Assembly: GCA_944371995.1 (NCBI GenBank)
Contig: CALVYD010000005.1
Span: 4,844-68,843 of the forward strand
Reading direction: 5' to 3'
From: an uncultured Bacilli bacterium
GTDB taxonomy: Bacteria; Bacillota_I; Bacilli_A; RF39; UBA660
Length of the DNA stretch: 64,000 bases
Both the position numbers and the translations under genes were made by a program. The notes below the pieces were generated by a model, which saw nothing but the letters and a program-made list of their open reading frames with translations, was not told where the DNA came from and did no database searches. Positions 54,287-63,069 of this stretch are shown here, in pieces. Position 1 is the first letter of the stretch, and each line of letters starts with the position of its first letter.

Positions 54287-55435
54287 ATGTATAAATCTTA
54301 TCGGTTTCGTTTGTATCCTACAACTAATCAAATAGAGTTAATTCACAAAACATTTGGTTGTACTAGAGTAGTATATAATCATTATTTAGAAAAGCAAAAA
54401 GCACTTTATGATGAAGGAAAAGATTCTTTATCTTGTTTTGATATGATAAAAGATTTAAAAAACTTGCAAGTAGAACGTCCTTATTTAAAGGAAGTAGATT
54501 CTTGTAGCCTAAGATGTAGTTTATTTAATTTAGATGACGCTTTTAAAAGATGGTATAAAGGACAAGGAGAATATCCTAAGTTTAAGGGAAAATATAACTC
54601 TAAAAGAAGTTATAGAACAAACTGTATAAGTAGTACTTATAAAGATAAAACATATCAAAGTATAGAAGTAGATTTAAAAAGACACATAATAAAACTTCCT
54701 AAGTTAAAAGAAGTAAGTATAAAAGGATATCGAGATTTAGAGTATTTGCCTGGAAGAATTATCAACGCTACTATAGAACAAGCGTCTACTTTAAAATATT
54801 ATGTTAGTGTGTTAGTAGAAGAGGATGATGTATATACAAAATTAAAACCTAGAAAAATAATAGGAATTGATCTAGGTATTAAGGATATTGTAATTACAAG
54901 TGATAATGAAAAAATAGGAAATCCGAGACTAATAGAAAAGTATGAAAAAAGGATAAAAAGATGTTCTAGAGAATTGTCAAGAAGAGTAAAAGGAAGCAAT
55001 AATTATAATAAAACCAAAAAGAAACTAGCAGTACTACATCAAAAACTAAAGAATGCAAGAAGATATTTTATCCATCAAATAACTAAAAAACTGGTAATAG
55101 AAAATGATATCATAGTAACAGAAAGTCTAAAATTAAAGGACATGATAGAAGAAAAAAGATTATCTAAACAACTAACAAATGTAAGTCTAGGAGAGCTTTG
55201 TAGAGTCTTAGAATATAAAGCTAAGATATATGGAAAGAAATATATCAAAATAGATAGTTATTATCCAAGCAGTCAGGAGTGTAGCAGGTGTGGATATAAG
55301 AATGAGAAAGTAAAAGACTTAAGTGTTAGAAGTTGGATATGTCCAGAATGTGGAAGTTATCATGATAGAGATTATAATGCTAGTTATAATATTATGTTTG
55401 AAGGATTAAAGAAATATATGATGGAATTAAAATAG
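54287..55435 (+). CDS. tnpB: RNA-guided endonuclease TnpB (IS605 OrfB family)
   Basis: ATG 54287 follows aggagggg. N-terminal YRFRLYPT..Q...L...FG..R.VYN, RuvC D (IGIDLGIKD), E (VTESLKLKDM) and D (HDRDYNASYNI), plus a CSRCGY..CPECG zinc finger. The catalytic triad is intact. Confidence 0.92.
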   Translation: MYKSYRFRLYPTTNQIELIHKTFGCTRVVYNHYLEKQKALYDEGKDSLSCFDMIKDLKNLQVERPYLKEVDSCSLRCSLFNLDDAFKRWYKGQGEYPKFKGKYNSKRSYRTNCISSTYKDKTYQSIEVDLKRHIIKLPKLKEVSIKGYRDLEYLPGRIINATIEQASTLKYYVSVLVEEDDVYTKLKPRKIIGIDLGIKDIVITSDNEKIGNPRLIEKYEKRIKRCSRELSRRVKGSNNYNKTKKKLAVLHQKLKNARRYFIHQITKKLVIENDIIVTESLKLKDMIEEKRLSKQLTNVSLGELCRVLEYKAKIYGKKYIKIDSYYPSSQECSRCGYKNEKVKDLSVRSWICPECGSYHDRDYNASYNIMFEGLKKYMMELK

Positions 55436-55564
55436 AAAAGAAAGAAACAAAAGAAAAACTACGGTAGCGACTATCGGATGTTAAGCCTGTGGAGAAGTAA
55501 GGTTACTTAGTCTATGAAGCAGGAAACTTGGAAGGTGACGACCAAGGCGAATTAAGTTTACTTA
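55390..55564 (+). ncRNA. Predicted TnpB omega-RNA (reRNA): scaffold overlapping the tnpB 3' end plus a ~16-nt guide (55549-55564)
   Basis: The position matches the known IS605 architecture. A locally GC-richer, structured stretch (ctacggtagcgactatcgg.., stem cttgg/ccaag at 55527-55546) lies just before the inferred right end. The 5' boundary is a guess. Confidence 0.45.
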
Positions 55565-55572
55565 ATTCTTTT
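55549..55572 (+). repeat. 24-nt hairpin sequence identical to 63075-63098
   Basis: gaattaagtttacttaattctttt has stem gaattaag / cttaattc, loop ttta and a T4 tail. An exact second copy forms the terminator of the dedA-family gene. Confidence 0.9.
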
Positions 55573-55671
55573 GTTCTTTAGACAAGAGTTTAAAAACACC
55601 AAAATTACTTCTAGAAAATTATATAAATTCTTAGAATATAAACCCTTTAAAACCATTCTAACAAATCAAAT

Positions 55672-55700
55672 TTGACAGATTTTATATTTTGTGTTATAAT
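55672..55700 (+). promoter_or_regulatory. Near-consensus extended -10 sigma-A promoter
   Basis: TTGACA at 55672-55677, 17-nt spacer ending in TGt, TATAAT at 55695-55700. Confidence 0.7.
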
Positions 55701-55766
55701 GTGTTTACTTCAAGGATAGAGGGGGAAACTGAAGCAGAAGTAATTATGCATAGGGAGGTTGAATAT

Positions 55767-56186
55767 ATGGAAAAATCTTATATATTTGAATATTTAGATG
55801 AAAATGATTTTAGAAAGAAAGAACGTTCTGTTAGAAAGTATAACATGCTTGCCTATAAAAAATTAACTTTTTCTTATTATCCAGAATTAAGAAAAGGAAA
55901 TTTCTTAGGTAAAGAAGTAAGTAAAAGTGAAAAAGAAAAAACTGTTTCATATGAATTAAAATTACCTACAGATGAGTTATTTACTAAAGTTCATGGAGAA
56001 ATTATTTTACATTATACTGTATACTTAGAAAAAAATATTATTCTTTTAACAAACATTACCCCGGAAGGAATTTTAGATGAAGGACATAGAGCAGAACTTT
56101 CTACTTATAAAGGCGTTATGATTTCTAAAACAAACCCTGAAAAGGACATGTTTAAGATTAACTTATTAAATATGTTAGGAAAATAA
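55767..56186 (+). CDS. Hypothetical protein (139 aa)
   Basis: RBS gggagg, then ATG 55767. Preceded by a consensus promoter and followed by a strong terminator. No recognised domain. Confidence 0.6.
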   Translation: MEKSYIFEYLDENDFRKKERSVRKYNMLAYKKLTFSYYPELRKGNFLGKEVSKSEKEKTVSYELKLPTDELFTKVHGEIILHYTVYLEKNIILLTNITPEGILDEGHRAELSTYKGVMISKTNPEKDMFKINLLNMLGK

Positions 56187-56203
56187 TAAAATAACAGCAA
56201 AAT

Positions 56204-56238
56204 AAAACCCGTTTCTTTTATATGGAAACGGGTTTTTA
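56204..56238. terminator. Bidirectional rho-independent terminator
   Basis: Stem aaaacccgtttc / gaaacgggtttt with a 9-nt loop, flanked by A- and T-runs. It lies between convergent genes. Confidence 0.85.
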
Positions 56239-56256
56239 CTATGATAGGTAAGGAAT

Positions 56257-57306
56257 CTATAATAATTCAGTTTCGCTATTAGTATTTTCTTCTTTATTAT
56301 TTTCTAATCCATCAAAAGCCTCAGCTTGCTTTTCTTCTAGGTTATTATCTACTGCTTCCTCATGATCTTTTTCTGCTGCTACTTCATTTTTTTGATCTGT
56401 CTGTTCTTCTTTTAAAGGTTCTAACTGTTTTGCTAACTGTTTCTGGATAAATCCTAAATTAAATAACTTAGAACCAACTTTCATATCCATGCGATCTTTC
56501 TTTTGTTTTAAAGCAACCATCGCACTAGTTCCTGCATCGACAATGAAAGGTAATCCAGTAATAAAGCTTGCCATATCACTATTTAAAAATATCAAAGGCC
56601 ATGCCATCTCTTCTGGAGTTGCTAGACGCTTAGCAGTACCTGTTTCAGCTACTAAAGCATCCATTCCACCAGCTTCAACTTCAAACTCTTTCTTCATTCC
56701 AGTATCTGTGCTACCAGGGAGTAGGGCATTAACTCTAATTTTTTTAGGTCCTAACTCAATAGCAAGACTTGCCATATAATAGTTCATTGCTCTCTTTGAT
56801 AAAGGATAAGCCATCATACCAAGGGTATCTTCATTAGCTTGACTATGTAAAGCACTAATCATTTCATCCCAAGTTTTCGCATTTGTAAATTTTTCAAACT
56901 CATTAGCATATTTATCCCAGTATAATCCACCAGTAGAAGTGACATAAGAAATAGTACCACCATAAGACATTCTATTCTTTAAATATTCTTCGGTAATATA
57001 TTTATTAGCAATATAATTTACAGTAAAAGTTTTATAATAATTAGTTTTTGCACCAGATAATCCAGCAACACCAAAGAAAGAATCAATATGCGTTGGAATT
57101 TGGCTCATAGCATTATCGATAGACTCTTTACTGCTCAAATCCACTTCAATAAACTTTGCTACTCCTTCAATTTCTTTTTCTACTATATCTAATGCATATA
57201 CTTCTGCATTTAGCTCAACTAATAGCTTCGCAGTAGCAAGGCCAATACCAGAACTTGCTCCTGTAACCACACATATTTTATGATTGTATCCAAAATAATC
57301 TTTCAT
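56257..57306 (-). CDS. Short-chain dehydrogenase/reductase (SDR) with a ~90-aa acidic C-terminal extension
   Basis: Cofactor motif VVTGASSGIGLATA and catalytic YPLSKRA (YxxxK). The tail is Glu/Asn/Lys-rich. Confidence 0.85.
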   Translation of the reverse strand: MKDYFGYNHKICVVTGASSGIGLATAKLLVELNAEVYALDIVEKEIEGVAKFIEVDLSSKESIDNAMSQIPTHIDSFFGVAGLSGAKTNYYKTFTVNYIANKYITEEYLKNRMSYGGTISYVTSTGGLYWDKYANEFEKFTNAKTWDEMISALHSQANEDTLGMMAYPLSKRAMNYYMASLAIELGPKKIRVNALLPGSTDTGMKKEFEVEAGGMDALVAETGTAKRLATPEEMAWPLIFLNSDMASFITGLPFIVDAGTSAMVALKQKKDRMDMKVGSKLFNLGFIQKQLAKQLEPLKEEQTDQKNEVAAEKDHEEAVDNNLEEKQAEAFDGLENNKEENTNSETELL

Positions 57307-57465
57307 TATAATACCTCCTATTATTAGTCTAACACTTCCAAATATTAATGAAAAAGCTTTTTTTAATTCTTATTCACAAATTTACATTATCTTACATTTT
57401 TTCTTGAGAAAACATTTATTTTAGTTTAGAATAGAAAGTTAAACAGGGATAGTAAGGTGATATAA

Positions 57466-59598
57466 ATGACAGATAAAAAATATGCAGTAGTAATGAAAAA
57501 GAAAAAAACAAATGGCGAGTTTTATATCTTAGTTCCCGAAAAACTAGTAGAAGGAACATTAGATACTGCAAATGGATATTATTTTAATACAACGAATCAA
57601 CAAACTTTTTTAGATATTTCAGAACCTAGTTCTATAAACAATCCTCAAATAGAAGAATTAGTAGCTTATACCATTTCAGAAAAATATTTATTACAAAAGT
57701 ATCCAAACGCAGATATAGAAGAAGCTAAAGCAGACTATTTCAAAAGAGTAAATAGTGCGATAAATATAGCTTTTTATTTACAAAACATGAATATTACAGG
57801 AATAATTCCTTTATGCCTACAGACTACAATGGATAAATTAAATAATATTCAATTAGAAAAAGGGCAAAGTATGGAAATGGATTTATTTTCTACTAGTTCA
57901 ATTCTGCCAGTAGATTGCTATGGATATCCACTATCTCCATATGAATTAGAACAGGTAAAAAATGAGGATACGGAATATGAAGAAGATTATTTCTCAATTC
58001 TACTAGAGGAACTATTAAAAACAGATAACGTAAATATCATTCATCAAGTACTAAAAAGAATTTATGATGAAGACGAGGATTTACAAGAAATTATATCATC
58101 TTTATCCTTTATGAATATGATACAAGAAGCTAAGGACACATCTTTTGAAGGTATTAGTATTTCTGATATTTTTTCTAGTAGTTGTAGTCAAATTTTATCT
58201 ACAAGTGATATGAAAAAAATGAAAGAAATTATTAATCTAACATCTGATTTTTTTACGATGATTTATTGTCAAATCCAGGAAAATGCTTTGATAAAAAATC
58301 AACCAGAAGTAGAAGCTTCGTGTGATTATTTAGATAGATTAACAGAACAATATCAGAAATTAACAGAAAAGAGTAAGGATGCAGATACCATCCATAAGAA
58401 AATAAGAGAACTAAAAAATCTCGAATTGGATAATATGAATACGATTCAAAAAAACTATAAACTAGTAGTAAAAAAAACACAACAAAAAGAAAAAGCAAAA
58501 AAGACTACTAGTGAAGAATCATCTATTATCAATGTAGCCGAAGCAAAAAAATATTTAGATGAGAGAATTATTGGTCAAGAAAATGCTAAACAACGTATCA
58601 TTTCTGCTGTATGGAATAAGCAGATTGCTAATCAAATTCAAATAGATTTACCATCTTATTGTTTATTAGTAGGGCCAACTGGTTCTGGAAAAACCTTACT
58701 TACGAAAACAATTGCAAAGTATTTGGAAATACCTTCTATTATATTTGATACAACTCAGCTTACAGCAACAGGATATGTAGGAGACTCTATTACAGATTCT
58801 TTAACGAGATTGTTATCAGAAGCTAATAACGATGTAAAAAAAGCAGAACAAGGAATCATCATTTTCGACGAAATCGATAAAAAAGGTTCTGATAGTAATA
58901 AAGATATCGCAGGAAAAGGAGCATTAAATGCTTTACTTCCTTATTTAGATGGAAGAACGTATTATTTAGAAGTGAATAAAAGAAAAATACCTTTTAAAAC
59001 AGACAAATTAATGATTATGGCAACCGGATCCTTTGCAGAAGCAATACAAATGAAACAACATAAAAACTATTCTAACTCTTGTTTAGGTTTTACAAAAGAA
59101 ACTATAACCAATACACCTTCAGTAGAATTAACCAGTGAAGATTTAATAGAGTATGGTGGCATTCCTAAAGAGTTAGTAGCAAGAATTCCTGTAATTGTCA
59201 TGTTAGAAGCACATACGAAAGACAGCCTAAAAGAAATTCTATATCGTAAAAACATTAGTCCTTTATACAAAAATAAAGAAGCACTACACTATGCTAACGT
59301 ATTCTTTAATTGGACGGATGATTACGTAGAAAAAGTAGCTCTACAATCTTTAGAACTAGGGTATGGTGCTCGTTCCTTAAATAATATTGTAGAAAATACA
59401 ATGATGAAAGCTAAATGGGAAGTATTATCGAATATGCAGACTTATTCTGGTTTTAAGGTTACTGGTGATACAGTTGATGATTCAGAAAATGCTATTATAT
59501 ATGGATATGACGGAGAAGAATATCAGTTAAAGACAATCTTAGAAGAAAAGAAAGAAAAGACTAAACAATACAAAATAACGAACAAAAAGTGCTATTAA
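57466..59598 (+). CDS. ClpX-like AAA+ unfoldase with a novel ~350-aa N-terminal domain replacing the zinc-binding domain
   Basis: Residues ~365-700 parallel ClpX: IIGQENAKQ, Walker A GPTGSGKTLL, pore loop TGYVGD, Walker B IIIFDEIDK, LGF (IGF-loop equivalent) and sensor-2 GARSL. No C4 zinc finger at the N-terminus. Confidence 0.8.
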   Translation: MTDKKYAVVMKKKKTNGEFYILVPEKLVEGTLDTANGYYFNTTNQQTFLDISEPSSINNPQIEELVAYTISEKYLLQKYPNADIEEAKADYFKRVNSAINIAFYLQNMNITGIIPLCLQTTMDKLNNIQLEKGQSMEMDLFSTSSILPVDCYGYPLSPYELEQVKNEDTEYEEDYFSILLEELLKTDNVNIIHQVLKRIYDEDEDLQEIISSLSFMNMIQEAKDTSFEGISISDIFSSSCSQILSTSDMKKMKEIINLTSDFFTMIYCQIQENALIKNQPEVEASCDYLDRLTEQYQKLTEKSKDADTIHKKIRELKNLELDNMNTIQKNYKLVVKKTQQKEKAKKTTSEESSIINVAEAKKYLDERIIGQENAKQRIISAVWNKQIANQIQIDLPSYCLLVGPTGSGKTLLTKTIAKYLEIPSIIFDTTQLTATGYVGDSITDSLTRLLSEANNDVKKAEQGIIIFDEIDKKGSDSNKDIAGKGALNALLPYLDGRTYYLEVNKRKIPFKTDKLMIMATGSFAEAIQMKQHKNYSNSCLGFTKETITNTPSVELTSEDLIEYGGIPKELVARIPVIVMLEAHTKDSLKEILYRKNISPLYKNKEALHYANVFFNWTDDYVEKVALQSLELGYGARSLNNIVENTMMKAKWEVLSNMQTYSGFKVTGDTVDDSENAIIYGYDGEEYQLKTILEEKKEKTKQYKITNKKCY

Positions 59599-59631
59599 CG
59601 TTAAGAAAAAAATAGTAAGGAGTAGTAAGAT

Positions 59632-60261
59632 ATGAAAAAAATAGCAGACTTAAAGATAGATGAATTTAAAAATAATGAAAATTATTTATTTAATGAATGT
59701 ATTGACTGGTTTAACAAATATTTAGATACGTATGATAGTTTTAGAATTTTGGTAAGAAAAAGAGAAGACTTAGGCATTACAACTACCATATCTAAAGAGG
59801 AAATAGAGGAAAAGAAATCTAAATATTTATTTTCTATAAACCTAACAAATACTACCATAGGACAAAAGATATTAGAAGGTCCAAGTATCTCGATAGATAG
59901 TAAAAATAAGGAAGCAATTCATTTTTTAATGACTGCCATCACTATTAGCTATTTATCTCTAAACCAAGACTTTCATATGCAATTATTAGAAGAGGATGGA
60001 CTACAGTTAGAAAATGAAGAGACTCATAATTCTACATTAGATATTTTAGAACCAGGAGATAAAACTTTATGGTTAGCTTTTATAGATATTGTCAAAAATA
60101 AAGATAAGCCAGCTGTATTAGAAGAAAAATTATTTTCTACCTATCAAAAAGCTCTAGAGAAAAAAACAAAAATAGACGATGACTTTTGTAAATCCATTGA
60201 TGATAGTGACCAACACTATCTTGCAGTAAAAAGGTATTTTCACTATAAGAAGAGAAAGTAG
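59632..60261 (+). CDS. Orphan protein (209 aa)
   Basis: RBS aaggag. Starts 33 nt after the ClpX-like gene. No recognised domain. Confidence 0.6.
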   Translation: MKKIADLKIDEFKNNENYLFNECIDWFNKYLDTYDSFRILVRKREDLGITTTISKEEIEEKKSKYLFSINLTNTTIGQKILEGPSISIDSKNKEAIHFLMTAITISYLSLNQDFHMQLLEEDGLQLENEETHNSTLDILEPGDKTLWLAFIDIVKNKDKPAVLEEKLFSTYQKALEKKTKIDDDFCKSIDDSDQHYLAVKRYFHYKKRK

Positions 60262-60323
60262 TATCTTTCTTTTTTCTATAAATTATGGTATAATCATTAT
60301 CAAATAAAGAGGGAGTATGTGTA

Positions 60324-61187
60324 ATGAGTAAGTATGAATTAATTGGTTCTCTATATAGGCAATATGAAAAACAACCATATCAAAACGAGCAAATAATTTC
60401 ACTAGAAGACATTCCGTTAAATAGTCTAGAAAATATAGATAAATTAACATCTAGTATGACGACGATGGATTTGATAGAAATGCTACCAGAAAAAATGCAA
60501 GATAAAAATCATTTTTCTATTCGTGTATGGAATCATTATAGTGATAATTACTATTATGTTAAAACAATTTTTGATGATCCAGAAATAAATTCATTGTTAA
60601 TGCAAATACAGAAGAAAACAGTTTTACTAGAGGAAGGATATAAAACATTATCACTAGTACCAATTTGTCCTTTAGTAAATAGTTACTGGAAAAAAATAGA
60701 AGATGCATTAAATAAGAAAGACTTGAGTACAATCGGAGAATATTTTTCTGAACAAAGTAAATACTATTTTAAACTAGAAAGATATCTAGAAAGTGGCTAT
60801 GATTATGGAGAAAAAGAAAAAGCTCTAGAAAACCTAAAATTAGAATTTCGAGATTATCGTATTTTTAGAAAAGTATATGTAAAAGAAAATTATTATACTA
60901 AAGCAACACCAAAGAATAGTATTTTTTTAATGGAACCTCAAAAGAAATCTAAATACGAAATACCTCATTATCAAACTAGCAAACCATCAAATAGCAAAAA
61001 CATGGATACAGATACAGATTTCATACTACAAATGACACATAATTTTAATACTCAGGGAGAAAAAGAAGAGTTCTTAGAACCAGAAGAATATGCCATGTGC
61101 AATCCAGGATTTTATGATAGTCCAGCACCAAAGCTTATCAAAACTAGAAGTAAAAAACCTAGAAAATCTTCAAGAGATGAGAATTAA
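60324..61187 (+). CDS. Orphan protein (287 aa)
   Basis: RBS agaggga. Same strand, 62 nt after the previous ORF. No recognised domain. Confidence 0.6.
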   Translation: MSKYELIGSLYRQYEKQPYQNEQIISLEDIPLNSLENIDKLTSSMTTMDLIEMLPEKMQDKNHFSIRVWNHYSDNYYYVKTIFDDPEINSLLMQIQKKTVLLEEGYKTLSLVPICPLVNSYWKKIEDALNKKDLSTIGEYFSEQSKYYFKLERYLESGYDYGEKEKALENLKLEFRDYRIFRKVYVKENYYTKATPKNSIFLMEPQKKSKYEIPHYQTSKPSNSKNMDTDTDFILQMTHNFNTQGEKEEFLEPEEYAMCNPGFYDSPAPKLIKTRSKKPRKSSRDEN

Positions 61188-61257
61188 TTCATTTTTCTAT
61201 TGTAAAAACAAAAGATTTATGATACTATTAAATGGTCATGTGAATGACCAATCTTTT

Positions 61258-61334
61258 GCCCTGTTGGTGAAGTGGTTTAACACGCTGCCCTCTCAAGGCA
61301 GTATACACGGGTTCGAAACCCGTACAGGGTACCA
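61258..61334 (+). tRNA. tRNA-Glu (anticodon CUC), CCA-encoded
   Basis: Hand-folded cloverleaf. Acceptor GCCCTGT/ACAGGGT, anticodon stem CTGCC/GGCAG with loop CTCTCAA (CTC at positions 34-36), T-arm ACGGG-TTCGAAA-CCCGT, discriminator A plus CCA. Overall close to Bacillus tRNA-Glu. Confidence 0.85.
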
Positions 61335-61378
61335 TATGTTTATGTATTTGACACTTTTACAAGATGTCGAATTTCTAC

Positions 61379-61407
61379 AATCAATCTTAACGGATTGATT
61401 TTTTTTG
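61379..61407 (+). terminator. Rho-independent terminator downstream of the tRNA
   Basis: Stem aatcaatc / gattgatt with a 6-nt loop, then T8. Confidence 0.7.
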
Positions 61408-61473
61408 CTTTTCTTGACAAGTTATCTAATTCATATTATATTTTCTATATAAGATAGAACAGAGGTGTTTTTT

Positions 61474-62418
61474 ATGATGAAGATTTATAAACATGAATTA
61501 GATAATCCTAAGATTTTATCTTGTGAGAAAATAGAAAAGGACTGTTGGATTCGTCTAGTAAATCCTACCCAAAATGAGATTGATTTAGTATCAAAAGAAG
61601 CAAATATTCCAGCGAGTATCATTTCTCAAGTATTAGTAGAAAAAGAATTACCAAGAATTAAACAAGTAGAGGGAGCAACCCTAATCGTCTTAGATGTTCC
61701 TTATATGAAAGATAAAAGTATTAAAAACAAATATATTACTTATCCGTTAGGAATCATTATTTGTAATAATTGCCATATTATTACCGTATCATTAATAGAA
61801 CATGAATTCCTAAATAGTTTTGTAAATGGTGAAGTAGAAACATTTTTTACTTATAAAAAGTCTAGATTTTTAATTCAAATATTCTTAAAATCAGCAGAAG
61901 TTTACTTAAATACTTTAGCATCTATTGATGAAGATATTCAAAAACAAGAAAAAGTAACTTATAAATCGACAAGTAATCGTCAACTAATTAACTTTTTAAA
62001 TATTCAAAAGACCTTAGTATATTTTATTACTTCTCTTCAAGCTAATAGTCATGTCTTAGAAAAATTACATCGTGAAGACATTTTACCTATGTATGAAGAA
62101 GATAAAATGTTATTAGAAGATGCTATGATTGAAAACAAACAGTGTATAGAAATGTCAACCATCTATCGTGATATTTTAGATTCTACGATGGATACGTATG
62201 GTACGATTATCTCTAATAATCTAAATGTAATTATGAAAGTTTTAGCAGGCATTACGATTGTATTTTCTATTCCTACCATGATTTCTTCTTTTTTAGGAAT
62301 GAATGTACCATTAGGCTTCCTAGAAGACTTTGAGTTTGCTTTCTTAGTTGTCTGTATTGTATCTTTTCTACTTTCTTTTTTAATTGCTTGTTGGTTAAAG
62401 AAAAAAGATATGCTATAA
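61474..62418 (+). CDS. corA: CorA-family magnesium/cobalt transporter
   Basis: A GMN motif (FLGMNVPL) lies between two C-terminal TM helices. ATG 61474 follows agaggtg. Confidence 0.88.
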   Translation: MMKIYKHELDNPKILSCEKIEKDCWIRLVNPTQNEIDLVSKEANIPASIISQVLVEKELPRIKQVEGATLIVLDVPYMKDKSIKNKYITYPLGIIICNNCHIITVSLIEHEFLNSFVNGEVETFFTYKKSRFLIQIFLKSAEVYLNTLASIDEDIQKQEKVTYKSTSNRQLINFLNIQKTLVYFITSLQANSHVLEKLHREDILPMYEEDKMLLEDAMIENKQCIEMSTIYRDILDSTMDTYGTIISNNLNVIMKVLAGITIVFSIPTMISSFLGMNVPLGFLEDFEFAFLVVCIVSFLLSFLIACWLKKKDML

Positions 62419-62450
62419 TGAGATAGTCTAAACATTTATTAGGAGGAATT

Positions 62451-63068
62451 ATGGAAGAGTTTGTTATATCGATTATGAATCAATTCGGGTATTTTGGAAT
62501 ATTTTTTCTAATATTTATTGAAAATATATTTCCACCAATACCATCAGAGGTAGTATTATTATTTGGTGGCTTTATGACTACTTATTCTAAATTGAATTTA
62601 TTTGGAATGATTATTTTTTCAACACTAGGATCTACGGTTGGAGCCATTGTTTTATACTATATTGGAAAGATTTTAAATAAGGAAAGATTAAAGAAAATCG
62701 TATCAGGTAAAATAGGTAAAGTATTACGACTAAAAGCAAGTGACATAGAAAAAGCAGATAAATGGTTTGATGCCAAAGGAAATAAAACAGTATTTTTCTG
62801 TCGCTTTATTCCTGTTGTTCGTAGTCTAATATCCATTCCTGCAGGTATGAGTGAAATGATTATGTCAAAATTTTTAATCTATACAATAACAGGTTCTCTT
62901 ATTTGGAATACAGTCTTATTATTTGTAGGAAGTAAAGTAGGGGAGAACTGGAAGAAGATAGAACAAGTGATGAGTCAGTATTCACATATTATTCTAATTA
63001 TTTTAATTATTGCTTTCATAGGCTTTGTAATTTATCATTTTTCAAAGAAGAAAAAGAAAAAAGCATAA
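62451..63068 (+). CDS. DedA-family membrane protein
   Basis: YFGIFFLIFIENIFPPIPSEVVLLFGG and FCRFIPVVRSLISIPAG DedA signatures. Confidence 0.88.
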   Translation: MEEFVISIMNQFGYFGIFFLIFIENIFPPIPSEVVLLFGGFMTTYSKLNLFGMIIFSTLGSTVGAIVLYYIGKILNKERLKKIVSGKIGKVLRLKASDIEKADKWFDAKGNKTVFFCRFIPVVRSLISIPAGMSEMIMSKFLIYTITGSLIWNTVLLFVGSKVGENWKKIEQVMSQYSHIILIILIIAFIGFVIYHFSKKKKKKA

Positions 63069-63069
63069 T

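Larger units (their letters stand above)
54205..55548 (+). mobile_element. IS200/IS605-family (IS1341-type) element carrying tnpB only, with no tnpA
   Basis: Boundaries are inferred. The left flank ends ..CTCAA (54200-54204). The right flank starts with a 24-nt sequence (55549-55572) that recurs at 63075-63098 directly after another CTCAA. At ~1.34 kb the size is typical for solo-TnpB elements. Confidence 0.55.

Noticed and set aside
61090-61398. A 102-aa + strand ORF spanning the end of the upstream gene and the intergenic region.
   Set aside because: It reads straight through a well-folded tRNA-Glu gene (61258-61334) and overlaps the preceding CDS in another frame. It is spurious.
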